Made by a program: the position numbers and the translations under genes
In this document: positions 19,101 through 26,273 of the stretch, in pieces
How positions within the stretch are numbered: position 1 is the stretch's first letter
How the letters are laid out: each line of letters opens with the position of its first letter
Assembly: GCA_964361645.1 (NCBI GenBank)
Contig: CAYIBK010000004.1
Location: 1-54,761 of the forward strand
Direction of reading: 5' to 3'
Source: an uncultured Gammaproteobacteria bacterium
GTDB lineage: Bacteria > Patescibacteriota > Patescibacteriia > 2-01-FULL-39-33
Length of the DNA stretch: 54,761 bases
The notes under the pieces: model-generated
What the model saw: the letters and a program-made list of their open reading frames with translations, nothing else
Database searches by the model: none
What the model was told of the DNA's origin: nothing

Positions 19101-22100
19101 GTAAGAAGTGGGCAAACTTATTTCCGGCATAACTTCCTCTAATTTAACAGCGTCAAAATAAGCTTCCATTACGCCAGTGGCGCTACTTCCTATAACCAAG
19201 CGAGGTTTAACAACTTGGGTTGGTTTATTCCAAACAAAATTAGTGCTAATTGTTGTCCATTTATACAAATCTGCTGTAGTAAATACCTGAGGTTCGGTTT
19301 GTATGGTTTCGCCCTCTAGATCTAAGAAATATTTACCCACTTCTTGAATATAAATCTTGCCGGATAAAACATATTTCTTGCCGTTAATTAATTCAAATGG
19401 GCTAAGTGAAGAAGTATTAGATAAATAAGCGCAATGCTGGGTATTATCAGTAAAATTAGCTTTTAAGCCAATGGATTTTCCGCCTTCAGAACCGGAATTA
19501 ACTAAAAATATTTCACAAGAACTGTCGTTGCCATTGGGGCCAGTTTCACCCACCCAATGAGCTAGATCGCCATAATAATCCTCAAAACTGCCGTCATAAA
19601 TCAAATTACTGCCTAAGCCAGCTTTTACTCTGATGAATTGGCTGCAACCAGCCGATCCAGAATCACAAGCTTGGGCATCACGATCAAAATATATTTCTGA
19701 ATCATTTTTAGCTTGAGAACCAAGATTAAGCCAGACATCGCCAATGGCGCAGGATTCTGGAGCTCCTCGCAAATCAAAATCATCAAAAAAGACAGTACCA
19801 GTGGTGCCAGCGTTGGTAATTACCCTTATTTCTATTTTATTATCCTCTTGAATGTTTTGCGTGGAAAAATCAACAAAATATTGTTGCCAATTTTCACCTG
19901 GCAAGCCAACAGTTACACTACCCAATTCCACCGTAGAAGAGAAAACTTTAACCGCCAGACTGCCGGAGCTAATACCTCCGCGTATATAAAATGATAATTT
20001 ATAAGTTTTATTAGCTTCTATACCCGAATCAATCAAAAGAGTGGAAATAAGCGGATTAGGATTATTAAAGCTTAAGCTTTCTAAAGAATATGAGCCACTG
20101 TGCTTACTGGTGCCAGATCTAAATTGCCTATTGGTGTCATTTTGGTAACTTTCCACCCAAAAACGAGCATCCCAACCGGCCGTGCCAGAAAGTTCAAAAC
20201 CGCTATTGAACGGAGTTAAGATATTGGCAGCGCTCAAACATTTATCCAGCGAACACTTTACACCGCCATAAGGGACAGTGCAGTATTCAGTGGTAAAATC
20301 ACAACCGCCATCAGTGGTACAAGCCTTGGCCATAAAAACGCCCTTGGCACCAGAGGAAGCAGTTTGTTTCCATTGATCAACTTTTAAACCAAACACTTCA
20401 CAGCCATCAACTGTGTTGCAAGTATTTAGAATTGTTTCACTTTCACTATTGAGCCAGGTGCTATCTTTAGTGTTGTATAAAGTGCTATACCACCGGCAAC
20501 CGGCCGATCCGGAATTACAATCGCGATAATCAAGAGTGTTAGCCAAATAAGATCCGGCCGTGCCAGTTTTAGACTGAAATATTTGGCAAGTATTGAATCG
20601 CGGTTGGCATTGAGGAGAATTGGTATCCCAGATTTTTCTTTCTTCGGTGCAATAGCCATAAGCTTTGCAATTACCATCTGAATCTTCGCTAATACATTGC
20701 TGTTCATCGGCGCAATATTGAGTGCGTCTAACCGACTGATCTTGGGAAGTAGCTCTGTCATTATGAACACCATAACCCTGTCGGCGGCAGAAGAGTTCTG
20801 GCGCTTTCAAAACCCATTGCGGATCAATTAAATTTTGAAACGGGCAAGATTTATCGGCCTGACATTCCTCGCCAAATTTTGCTATCAAATCACCCAAGGT
20901 ATAATTTTTATTTTTACTTTGCGACGGATTGCTAAGATACCGGGCGGCAATCTCCCAGCCCACCGGCACAATTCGATACTTTCTTAAAATAACAATATTT
21001 CTCAAAGAAAATGATTCTTGCGGATTAACATTATCAATTGGCGGCACAAATTGCCGATTTAAAATTGAAGCCGGCAGATCTTTAACTAAAGTCTTTTCTC
21101 TGATGGCTTTGGACAAAATCGGATCTATCACGCAATCAGTTGGTCCCGGATTAATCTTGTTGGCCTCGGTGCAAGCCGTTAATTTATTTAAAATATCGTA
21201 AGGCCCGCCTATGGCTATATTGTTTTTTATTAAATTTAAAAATCTTTCTTCAGCGCCAATAGAACCTTCCACATAAGGCGCGGATTGGGGATTTAGAAGT
21301 GCGGCAAACCGGGAAAGATCAGGCATATTAAAGCCATTATCGCCGTTATTACTAGTGCTACCACTGCCGCTCTGGAAATAGCCATCTTTAAGATTTTGCA
21401 AAAGCTGTCCAACTAAGGTATTTAAAAATGTCTCCACAAAATCCCAAACTGTGCCGGTAAAAACCGAATCCTGCTTGCCAGCCCAAAATTGAGCCACCTC
21501 ATGCTGGTTTTTGATCATAGTGCCAGGAGTTAAAATCCAACCGGTTAAATTTTTAAGATCTTTAAAGCCATTATTAATCGAGGCCTCCAGTGCCGAGACG
21601 CCTGTTTTTTCTTTAATATTATCCATTAAGGCCGAACTGGTTTTTAAATAAATGCCAATGTCATTTTCATTGGCACTTAAATAATTGCTGTATTCCACAG
21701 AAAAACTGGCATTATTTATGGCTGATTGCCAATTATTAACCATGCTAGAAAAATTACAAGATGGCTTCCTAGGCTTATAACCTCTTAAACTGGTTTTAAT
21801 CATTAATTCCACATTGAAATTAGGACGGCATAAATTGACCCCAAATTCTTTGTCTATTTCATCAATAAAAGTGCCAGCGGCATCATCGGCGGTATTTTTT
21901 AGATAGGCGCCAATACCCTCGGTAATAAACAATGGCTTTTGGCCCTTACCACCGGAAGCAATCCAAGAGGCGGTATCATAAGCCAATTGTTTGGAAAAAA
22001 CGCTTAACATTGATTTCCAAGCACCTGCTATAACATCCCGCCAAGTCTGCTTTTGAATTTCTCTTAAATCATCGGCGGCAATTTGAATCATGCCATTTTG

Positions 22101-22415
22101 GGTGATGAGTATATTCTGACAATTCATTGATAGTTGTGCCTTAACAATTTCTTCTTTAATAATTGGAGTACAGTCAAATGCGCCACTAGTACCAGCGGGA
22201 ACAAACACACACCAAGCTTGTATGCTATCAGCTAAATGACTACATGCTTCCGCATTAGCAAGCGCTGCCCCACCAGCAGCATCGGCCACACCTCCTGCAG
22301 CTAGGCTCCCCGCAGCAGCACCACCAGGAAGCATTAGGGCATTAGCATCTGATGCGCCAAAAAATAAAAAAACGGGAATCAGTAAAAGTAAAATTTTTAG
22401 TCTGAATCTTTTCAT
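13194..22415 (-). CDS. giant secreted Cys-rich surface protein (3073 aa) with CBM4/9-like modules and a C-terminal PKD-like motif
   Basis: Signal peptide MKRFRLKILLLLIPVFLFFGASDANA. At least four modules open with (N/D)GSFE/SNFESG..GW and end in (F/Y)(F/I)DD(F/I).L. Their approximate nucleotide positions are 19765-20215, 19135-19605, 17680-18112 and 15345-15945. The motif x-G-C-x-x-(F/Y) recurs (SAGCRWY, SAGCSQF, AAGCDEF, LKGCREY, AVGCEQL, DKGCSAL). YTVTWGDGEHS lies near 13460-13490. Confidence 0.85.
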   Translation of the reverse strand: MKRFRLKILLLLIPVFLFFGASDANALMLPGGAAAGSLAAGGVADAAGGAALANAEACSHLADSIQAWCVFVPAGTSGAFDCTPIIKEEIVKAQLSMNCQNILITQNGMIQIAADDLREIQKQTWRDVIAGAWKSMLSVFSKQLAYDTASWIASGGKGQKPLFITEGIGAYLKNTADDAAGTFIDEIDKEFGVNLCRPNFNVELMIKTSLRGYKPRKPSCNFSSMVNNWQSAINNASFSVEYSNYLSANENDIGIYLKTSSALMDNIKEKTGVSALEASINNGFKDLKNLTGWILTPGTMIKNQHEVAQFWAGKQDSVFTGTVWDFVETFLNTLVGQLLQNLKDGYFQSGSGSTSNNGDNGFNMPDLSRFAALLNPQSAPYVEGSIGAEERFLNLIKNNIAIGGPYDILNKLTACTEANKINPGPTDCVIDPILSKAIREKTLVKDLPASILNRQFVPPIDNVNPQESFSLRNIVILRKYRIVPVGWEIAARYLSNPSQSKNKNYTLGDLIAKFGEECQADKSCPFQNLIDPQWVLKAPELFCRRQGYGVHNDRATSQDQSVRRTQYCADEQQCISEDSDGNCKAYGYCTEERKIWDTNSPQCQPRFNTCQIFQSKTGTAGSYLANTLDYRDCNSGSAGCRWYSTLYNTKDSTWLNSESETILNTCNTVDGCEVFGLKVDQWKQTASSGAKGVFMAKACTTDGGCDFTTEYCTVPYGGVKCSLDKCLSAANILTPFNSGFELSGTAGWDARFWVESYQNDTNRQFRSGTSKHSGSYSLESLSFNNPNPLISTLLIDSGIEANKTYKLSFYIRGGISSGSLAVKVFSSTVELGSVTVGLPGENWQQYFVDFSTQNIQEDNKIEIRVITNAGTTGTVFFDDFDLRGAPESCAIGDVWLNLGSQAKNDSEIYFDRDAQACDSGSAGCSQFIRVKAGLGSNLIYDGSFEDYYGDLAHWVGETGPNGNDSSCEIFLVNSGSEGGKSIGLKANFTDNTQHCAYLSNTSSLSPFELINGKKYVLSGKIYIQEVGKYFLDLEGETIQTEPQVFTTADLYKWTTISTNFVWNKPTQVVKPRLVIGSSATGVMEAYFDAVKLEEVMPEISLPTSYTSYNPSQRPASQLTYLKKAPNYYDCYLTVSGDWPTDLAELQQVILRRNQACSNYSSVCIASEMNCELYTPVNRDPAVPGTITSADVCPSECAGYQVYKQEPTNFVSAKYKQFINKAPIQACSASAAGCDEFTNLDEIDRGGEALEYYTQLRTCQKPDAYDDEATYYTWEGSDTTGYQLKVFTLKESNDTAGLGIAPCTNISYPNDLNGNNVCTDPVPSNDPDTNNAACLATDLNSNPDCRELYDTEGNIHYRLLSRVIYADDNCHPYRRTQTQNDNSEAAQDCRANQGYFNSFNECIYMAIPGQGGTCSTNLKGCREYTGNKGSSFKNIFLSNFESGAMGWQGGTVATEATHPGGNSLTNNTNDSRKFSKPVLIRKDKSYSISFWAKGDDSFNLDSVRFSQAPPEDSFMVGHPNVVTDDDLLIPITAEWNRYDLGPVMVNWGSNTGYFEQNVEINIPAGQTIYIDNILLKELPQSVYAIENSWFTPFSCDNNIDEPYGAGDALNPERSNPGKMIGCQEYRDRSKQTWFLKSFENLCRADAVGCEQLIDTYNSDSYYGATFNAGDSSQVVVPDDNFVYMVNDAKYSCKSDDKGCSALGLPNINNQDEVVGHATSYIKNQPDRYSTDLCKSSSMWCEEFVGPRSVAYFKDPRDRVCEYRTEVGETQAKWYQKGTNEVCDVTYLQTIGTGSKDDKLQPVGWFNSYLTPGADHYQWQTNIDTIANYESWVGLCPTDQNSCTEYIDPSTEVYKNEILNVKLDQDVDGNDIPDHWEVRGSELFQKVSLLSHTLYSFSVEDVADKAYIKLDDSCAGLIVSPDSSLDIHGGNKAWPKSVSGRLYVVYNSSDICSAKVFLPSDQPVKNLRLVRSGVYYSLSNKVDYSSCNGLVDYNSGCVLFNDRGSMNYSSSEVLERNANYLTFDADATYRKQMKDPDQKPLTPKTPTPPDTGDSNVILKVQPDRTCYSWLYCTTYEKDDPNSVDPIYGNNDRCLDLGLCASVDDKGVCNNFILKSGTLATENYGEKDIYKTGYSSVGKKSLGVAGYFPFYTMSQFGDSGSVTNGSFESLVVNSVEPLGWSPSESIDNGGILEKFKSEAIGWHDYKFSTITDIKSSPEGSRYLSLSSFYEAISEEIDVFAGSPYILSGWINSSGLNYPDGNVPIKSQIQYSQHAEGGGWSTWKFFDDASLCDSSSCGSLSLDSGLTWTKKVHQFTPLADTDKIKIKLKNFVDEDGCNDTNKLTACKLGGVALFDDISLKPVLQVSNSDNLIDKYVSRSCRIYPAEDSLSCRYLQGNNLFYGSYGYCLLADPSNSKQCLQWWPVDQLQGEVLNEVGGYNDRVPLDYCVDKSSFTVNFTEFGYALALSSEAQEAVAGYFDTNSGNQMNFSPFRVKDDYRPIFRFPYVDRIKVKANGMGLAGGTPSIMIPVNHTMTYDIKKKEWKGWAAIPFCIAIPIESTEIGICIPIPIPYKLASGPIGQVIEMITGIFNSSGMGGGQVAFGPLMGLKVIEDRQASGITSGGTSDPIPDLPGDILGVSWFVKSTANADVVGITMLVSGDFEVNYCNKLVRVVTSSGENKAYANRVTKGSGYINNDIAARPDTPGPIDIKEGKYYYYDPFDYNQFLDSIENPLGQYIGGTALDFPGSISGAASRTIYQIWARITGAIPDAIPISIGDDFSPLGRSKYQSSDYQPFGAIVSPMGSLLNSSGSAANELNAQQLSGSPNPTNWSSRRGLYNMPLFYEPPRLGAFVAPYQARMGELHSKAGLEQLFAQSYGQWKWKWNLCLVGLPNNCFKPDAERGGYYASDDTNDFLSIPTEICNKATREESTNDPCYVKPKVTKIKINDKDNASNKPPTINGGVGLAKLAFTTLIDPDQLPISAYTVTWGDGEHSKVSGVLLRNRTNIENPFLLYHLYDFWKVKGAPSSICDSDSCTIQVIVQVYDNWNKSNCTFDSAIPADNCENENSPHYINLVVNKN

Positions 22416-22421
22416 AAAAGA

Positions 22422-23387
22422 TTAATTGCTTTGCGAATTGAGCTTGGTTAAAAACATAGTCTTTAATTCTTCATCGCTAACTTGGGATAAAACATCCGCT
22501 GGCGCGCCTTGGCTGATCATCAGTTGCCTTATTTGAGCGCCGGTTAGATTTTTTAAATCCTCAATTGATTTTATATTAATCTGGCTTAAACTAGTTGTGC
22601 TTAATGAGGTATTGGTATTACCAGAAATAGTCGGATTCTGCCCCAACATCGCTTGTTGATAAGTAGCCAGCAATTGAGTATCGGTGATGGTATCTAATTG
22701 ATCTTTGGGAAAGCCATTTTTAATCAAAAGTTCCCTAATCACTTTGGGATCAGAAGAAGATGATAATAATGTTTGCTGATCCGCTTGGCTAAGTGTGGTA
22801 TTTAAAACAGCGGTGTCAGTTCTAAAACAGGTATCACTGCCTGGGCAATTAGGATCATGACCAGCGTCTATTTCGGCTTTGTCTAGTACCCCGTCGCTAT
22901 CGCTATCATCCAAATAAGGGCTAGTGCCATAAACATTTAACTCATCGTAATTAGAGAGGCCATCGCCATCAGTATCTTGTAATTGCTGGGCCAAAACAGC
23001 CGAAGCTTCGCTGGGCAAACCAGTATCACTGCCAGCCAGCTTTATTAAATCGGTTAAGGGCTTCTTAATAGAGCTGGACATCTGGGTTACTCCTAAAATA
23101 ACAGCCAAAAAACCAGTAATTAAAACTAAAACCACAGTCACCTTCTCTTTGGTTGATCTACCGTCAACAGAAATATTTTCGTTATCATCAGTAAAACCAT
23201 ATTCATTTTCTGTTCCTAAATACCTTGTTGGCTGTTCTCTATTAAACTGATTTTCACCTTCCATTAAGTGTGGATAAACAGTTAAGTACGAATTAATTAT
23301 ACCACAAAATAACAAAAAACACGAAACCACCAAAACACAAATAACATTTTCATTTCGATCCACTAGCTGACGGAGAAGAAATCTCAT
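22422..23387 (-). CDS. membrane-anchored protein with thrombospondin type-3-like calcium-binding repeats
   Basis: DTDGDGLSNYDELNVYGTSPYLDDSDSDGVLDKAEIDAGHDPN, and one TM helix (VTVVLVLITGFLAVILGV). Its stop is 6 nt from the start of the giant gene. The true start may be the internal MEGENQ at about 23264. Confidence 0.65.
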   Translation of the reverse strand: MRFLLRQLVDRNENVICVLVVSCFLLFCGIINSYLTVYPHLMEGENQFNREQPTRYLGTENEYGFTDDNENISVDGRSTKEKVTVVLVLITGFLAVILGVTQMSSSIKKPLTDLIKLAGSDTGLPSEASAVLAQQLQDTDGDGLSNYDELNVYGTSPYLDDSDSDGVLDKAEIDAGHDPNCPGSDTCFRTDTAVLNTTLSQADQQTLLSSSSDPKVIRELLIKNGFPKDQLDTITDTQLLATYQQAMLGQNPTISGNTNTSLSTTSLSQINIKSIEDLKNLTGAQIRQLMISQGAPADVLSQVSDEELKTMFLTKLNSQSN

Positions 23388-23397
23388 GTCTCAAATT

Positions 23398-23497
23398 GTC
23401 ATTGCGAGTAGATCCCTCGGAAACTCGGGACAGGCTCCGCAATCTCGTGTTCGTTTCAAATGGGATTGCTTCTCCGCCCTGGGCGGATCGCAATGAC
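23398..23497. repeat. A-type palindromic element
   Basis: gtcattgcgagtagatccctcggaaactcgggacaggctccgcaatc ... gggattgcttctccgccctgggcggatcgcaatgac. Confidence 0.9.
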
Positions 23498-23499
23498 AG

Positions 23500-24315
23500 C
23501 TAAAAATATTTCAAAAGATTAATCCAATCTTCCATGACTAAATCCTGAGCCCTGATCTTTTCATCTAAGCCGATATTTTTAATTATCGCCTTGATTTGAT
23601 CGCTCCTAAGATGCAGGCCATTAGCCAAATTATTATGTAATTGTTTTCTTTTGGCCGAAAAACCGATTTTAGCCACCTTAAAAAATAATTTGTGATCAGT
23701 AAAAGCTAATTTATCTTTGAGCTTCAAACTAATAACCGCCGAGTCCACACCAGGAGAGGGCCAAAAAGAATTACGGCTAACTTCAAAAAGAATCTTCGGT
23801 TCGGCATAAAATTGAACTGATAACGACAACAAGCTCATCTCTCCTGGTTTAGCGATGATTCTTTGGGCTACTTCTTTTTGGATCATAATAATCATTTCCG
23901 TAGGCGGACTTTTTGTTTCCAAAAAGTTTCTAATAAAATTAGAGGTGATATTATAGGGCAAATTGGCTACTACCTTATAGGGTGTGACCAATTTAAGAGA
24001 AGCTCTGTCTAATTTTAAGATATCACCCTCAATAATCTCTAAATTATCAGCCTGGTGATATTTATTCTTTAAAAAACCAATTAGTTTTTTGTCTAATTCC
24101 ACTGCCACCACCTGGCCCGATTTTTGAATCAAATGATCGGTTAAAACTCCCAAGCCCGGCCCTATTTCCAAAACAGAACTTTTATTGTCCAAATCAGCTG
24201 AAGCGATTATTTTGGCTACGATATTTTGATCAAATAAAAAATTCTGTCCCTTGCTTTTTGCTGGAACAATGCCATACGCTTTACAAATATTTTTTATCTC
24301 AAGAAGAGAAGACAT
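23500..24315 (-). CDS. rsmA: 16S rRNA (adenine1518/1519-N6)-dimethyltransferase RsmA/KsgA
   Basis: KSKGQNFLFDQNIVAKII and SVLEIGPGLGVLT SAM motifs, then VANLPYNITS. 271 aa. Confidence 0.9.
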   Translation of the reverse strand: MSSLLEIKNICKAYGIVPAKSKGQNFLFDQNIVAKIIASADLDNKSSVLEIGPGLGVLTDHLIQKSGQVVAVELDKKLIGFLKNKYHQADNLEIIEGDILKLDRASLKLVTPYKVVANLPYNITSNFIRNFLETKSPPTEMIIMIQKEVAQRIIAKPGEMSLLSLSVQFYAEPKILFEVSRNSFWPSPGVDSAVISLKLKDKLAFTDHKLFFKVAKIGFSAKRKQLHNNLANGLHLRSDQIKAIIKNIGLDEKIRAQDLVMEDWINLLKYF

Positions 24316-24346
24316 AATAAATAAATCATAAATTAATAAATGGTTT

Positions 24347-24751
24347 TTACTTTCCCCTCCTTTTCAAGGAGGGGTTGGGGTGGTTGACCGAAGTTTCTCT
24401 ATAAATCACCTCTAATACGCCATCTAGATTATCCCTAATCTCATTATTAGTAAACCTAATTACTTTTATTCCCTTATTTTCTATATATTTTTGCCTAGCA
24501 CTATCATATTGTTCTGATTTTTCATCAAAAAAATGATCAGCCCCATCAACTTCAATAACTAATTTAAGCTCTGGACAAAAGAAATCCACTATATAATTTC
24601 CTATGCCGTGTTGTCGCCTGAATTTTCTATTATTAATCTGACGATTTTTCAATTTAGACCAAAGGATTATTTCATAGAAAGTTAGTTTATTCCTTAAATC
24701 CCTTCTTGTTTGTTTTTGATTATATCTATTAAAAATTTTAGTCATTAACAA
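24347..24751 (-). CDS. DUF559 endonuclease-domain protein (Vsr-like fold)
   Basis: LWSKLKNRQINNRKFRRQHGIGNYIVDFFCPELKLVIEVDGADHF is the DUF559 signature. The last roughly 12 codons are encoded by a C-type repeat. Confidence 0.8.
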   Translation of the reverse strand: MLMTKIFNRYNQKQTRRDLRNKLTFYEIILWSKLKNRQINNRKFRRQHGIGNYIVDFFCPELKLVIEVDGADHFFDEKSEQYDSARQKYIENKGIKVIRFTNNEIRDNLDGVLEVIYRETSVNHPNPSLKRRGK

Positions 24752-25085
24752 CCCCTCCCCACCTCCCCTTGAAAAGGGGAGGATTTTATTTTATTTATTA
24801 CCCCTCCTTGAAAGGAGGATTTTATTTTATTTATTACCCCTCCCTGAAAAGGAGAATATTTTATTTATCAGCCATCTCGCAAAAGAAAAAAGAGGATATT
24901 TTATTTATCAGCCATACAGCAAAATAAGTGGATTTTATTTTATTTATTATTAATTTACCGTAAAATAATTTTAATACTATCCATTCCCCCTCCTTTTTTA
25001 ATGCTATCTACTTCCCCTCCTTTTCAAGCCTGCCTGCCATGCCTACGGCAGACAAGCCGGTAGGCAGGGAGGGGTTGGGGTGGTT
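24749..25085. repeat. tandem array of about five degenerate 35-45-bp hairpin-plus-T-run units, ending in a C-type hairpin that carries a 40-bp expanded B-type palindrome (25029-25068)
   Basis: The units are cccctccccacctccccttgaaaaggggaggattttattttatttatta, cccctccttgaaaggaggattttattttatttatta, cccctccctgaaaaggagaatattttatttatcag, and two more. The terminal unit equals 24352-24385 interrupted by the palindrome. Confidence 0.8.
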
Positions 25086-25088
25086 ATT

Positions 25089-26270
25089 TTAAAAAAACAA
25101 ATACAATAAAGACATTGCCGCCGCCAAAATAAATAAGGCATTCCAACCGGGGGTAAAAAATTGAAGTAGAATAATAGCCAAAATAATAGCTATGATCTTG
25201 CCCAAAACCAAAGACATTTCAAAAAACAAGATGGTTTTCATAATGGAAGTATCGTGGGCTTTTTTGTAAGTTATAGCCGTCATTGGTATAGAAATTGATT
25301 GTTTGGATATTCTGGAATAAGCATCAACCAAAAAAATTCCCAAGATATTTCTAGTTACTAATCTTAAAAGCCAACTAAAAAAATATAAAGTAACACCAAA
25401 CCTAAGTAAACCCTTACTATCGCCATTGTCTGTTACTTTTCCAATATACAAAAATATTATAGTGGTCACTAAAATAGAAATGGAAGTCAAAATTCCCAAA
25501 CTTAAAAAATCTTTCACTACTATATAAATAAATATCGGCCAAATAGTTAAAACTATCAATTCTTCGCCAAAACCGATAAACGAAAACATCTTTTTTAAAT
25601 TCTCCCTCCTAAAAAGTCTACGATAAGCTCGAAAATAAGAAAAATCTGCCGGTTCAAACTGTTCTCTAGTTATTAACATGGGAATATTGGAAAGAATCAT
25701 TAAAATAGAAACTAAAACAAACAAAACATTAAAATTAGAAAATTGCAAAATCAACCCACCCACCAGTGGGCCAATAATATAAACGATGGATTCTAAAACT
25801 AATAAATTGCTGATTTGGCGTCCCTGTTCGCCATCGGCTGAAAAATAAGCAAAATCACTGTGATAAGCCGGCCAATAAAACATCTTCCAGAGAGCATAAG
25901 CGATAATGGAGACAAAAATCCAAGAAATATCATAAGAGGAAGCAAATAAGCTAAGATAAAACGAGGCGGTAAAAATAGTGCTGACAGCGATAGAGTGTTC
26001 AAAGCCAAATCTTCTGGCGAATTTCGCGCCGAAAGGCAAAATCAAAAAATAAAGAAGATAAACGCCTAAATAAAAAAATAAAACTAATTGCAGGGTTTTG
26101 GAGAGACCATATTTATCAATAAAAAGAAGATAGATAAAAATGGGCTCAAAAATGGTTACGGCTGAGATGGCAAAATTTAAAATAAGAGTGGAAGAATAAA
26201 GCTCTCTTACTTGTTGAGTGAGTTTGTGAGCAAAAAATGAGGAGAGTATGTTCTTTAATCCGTCTTTCAT
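25089..26270 (-). CDS. MFS-type transporter (about 12 TM)
   Basis: 393 aa, uniformly hydrophobic and helical. It is a paralog of the adjacent 388-aa ORF (shared WPIFIY, YSRISKQ/ITYEKA-type motifs). Confidence 0.7.
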   Translation of the reverse strand: MKDGLKNILSSFFAHKLTQQVRELYSSTLILNFAISAVTIFEPIFIYLLFIDKYGLSKTLQLVLFFYLGVYLLYFLILPFGAKFARRFGFEHSIAVSTIFTASFYLSLFASSYDISWIFVSIIAYALWKMFYWPAYHSDFAYFSADGEQGRQISNLLVLESIVYIIGPLVGGLILQFSNFNVLFVLVSILMILSNIPMLITREQFEPADFSYFRAYRRLFRRENLKKMFSFIGFGEELIVLTIWPIFIYIVVKDFLSLGILTSISILVTTIIFLYIGKVTDNGDSKGLLRFGVTLYFFSWLLRLVTRNILGIFLVDAYSRISKQSISIPMTAITYKKAHDTSIMKTILFFEMSLVLGKIIAIILAIILLQFFTPGWNALFILAAAMSLLYLFF

Positions 26271-26273
26271 TGA

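Noticed and set aside
13194-22415. Diversity-generating retroelement targeting the giant protein
   Set aside because: No reverse-transcriptase ORF and no template/variable repeat pair were visible in or next to the gene. Only a whole-genome search could exclude a remote DGR.
2720-23387. Integrative conjugative element or plasmid-derived conjugation module
   Set aside because: No relaxase, VirD4/TcpA coupling ATPase, integrase, oriT-like site or att-type direct repeats were found at the borders within the window. The locus is flanked by tRNAs on one side only and by rsmA on the other.
24749-25085. Possible CRISPR array (also considered for 12617-13165)
   Set aside because: The units are degenerate, abut each other without unique spacers of constant length, are themselves hairpins related to dispersed repeat families, and no cas genes are present.
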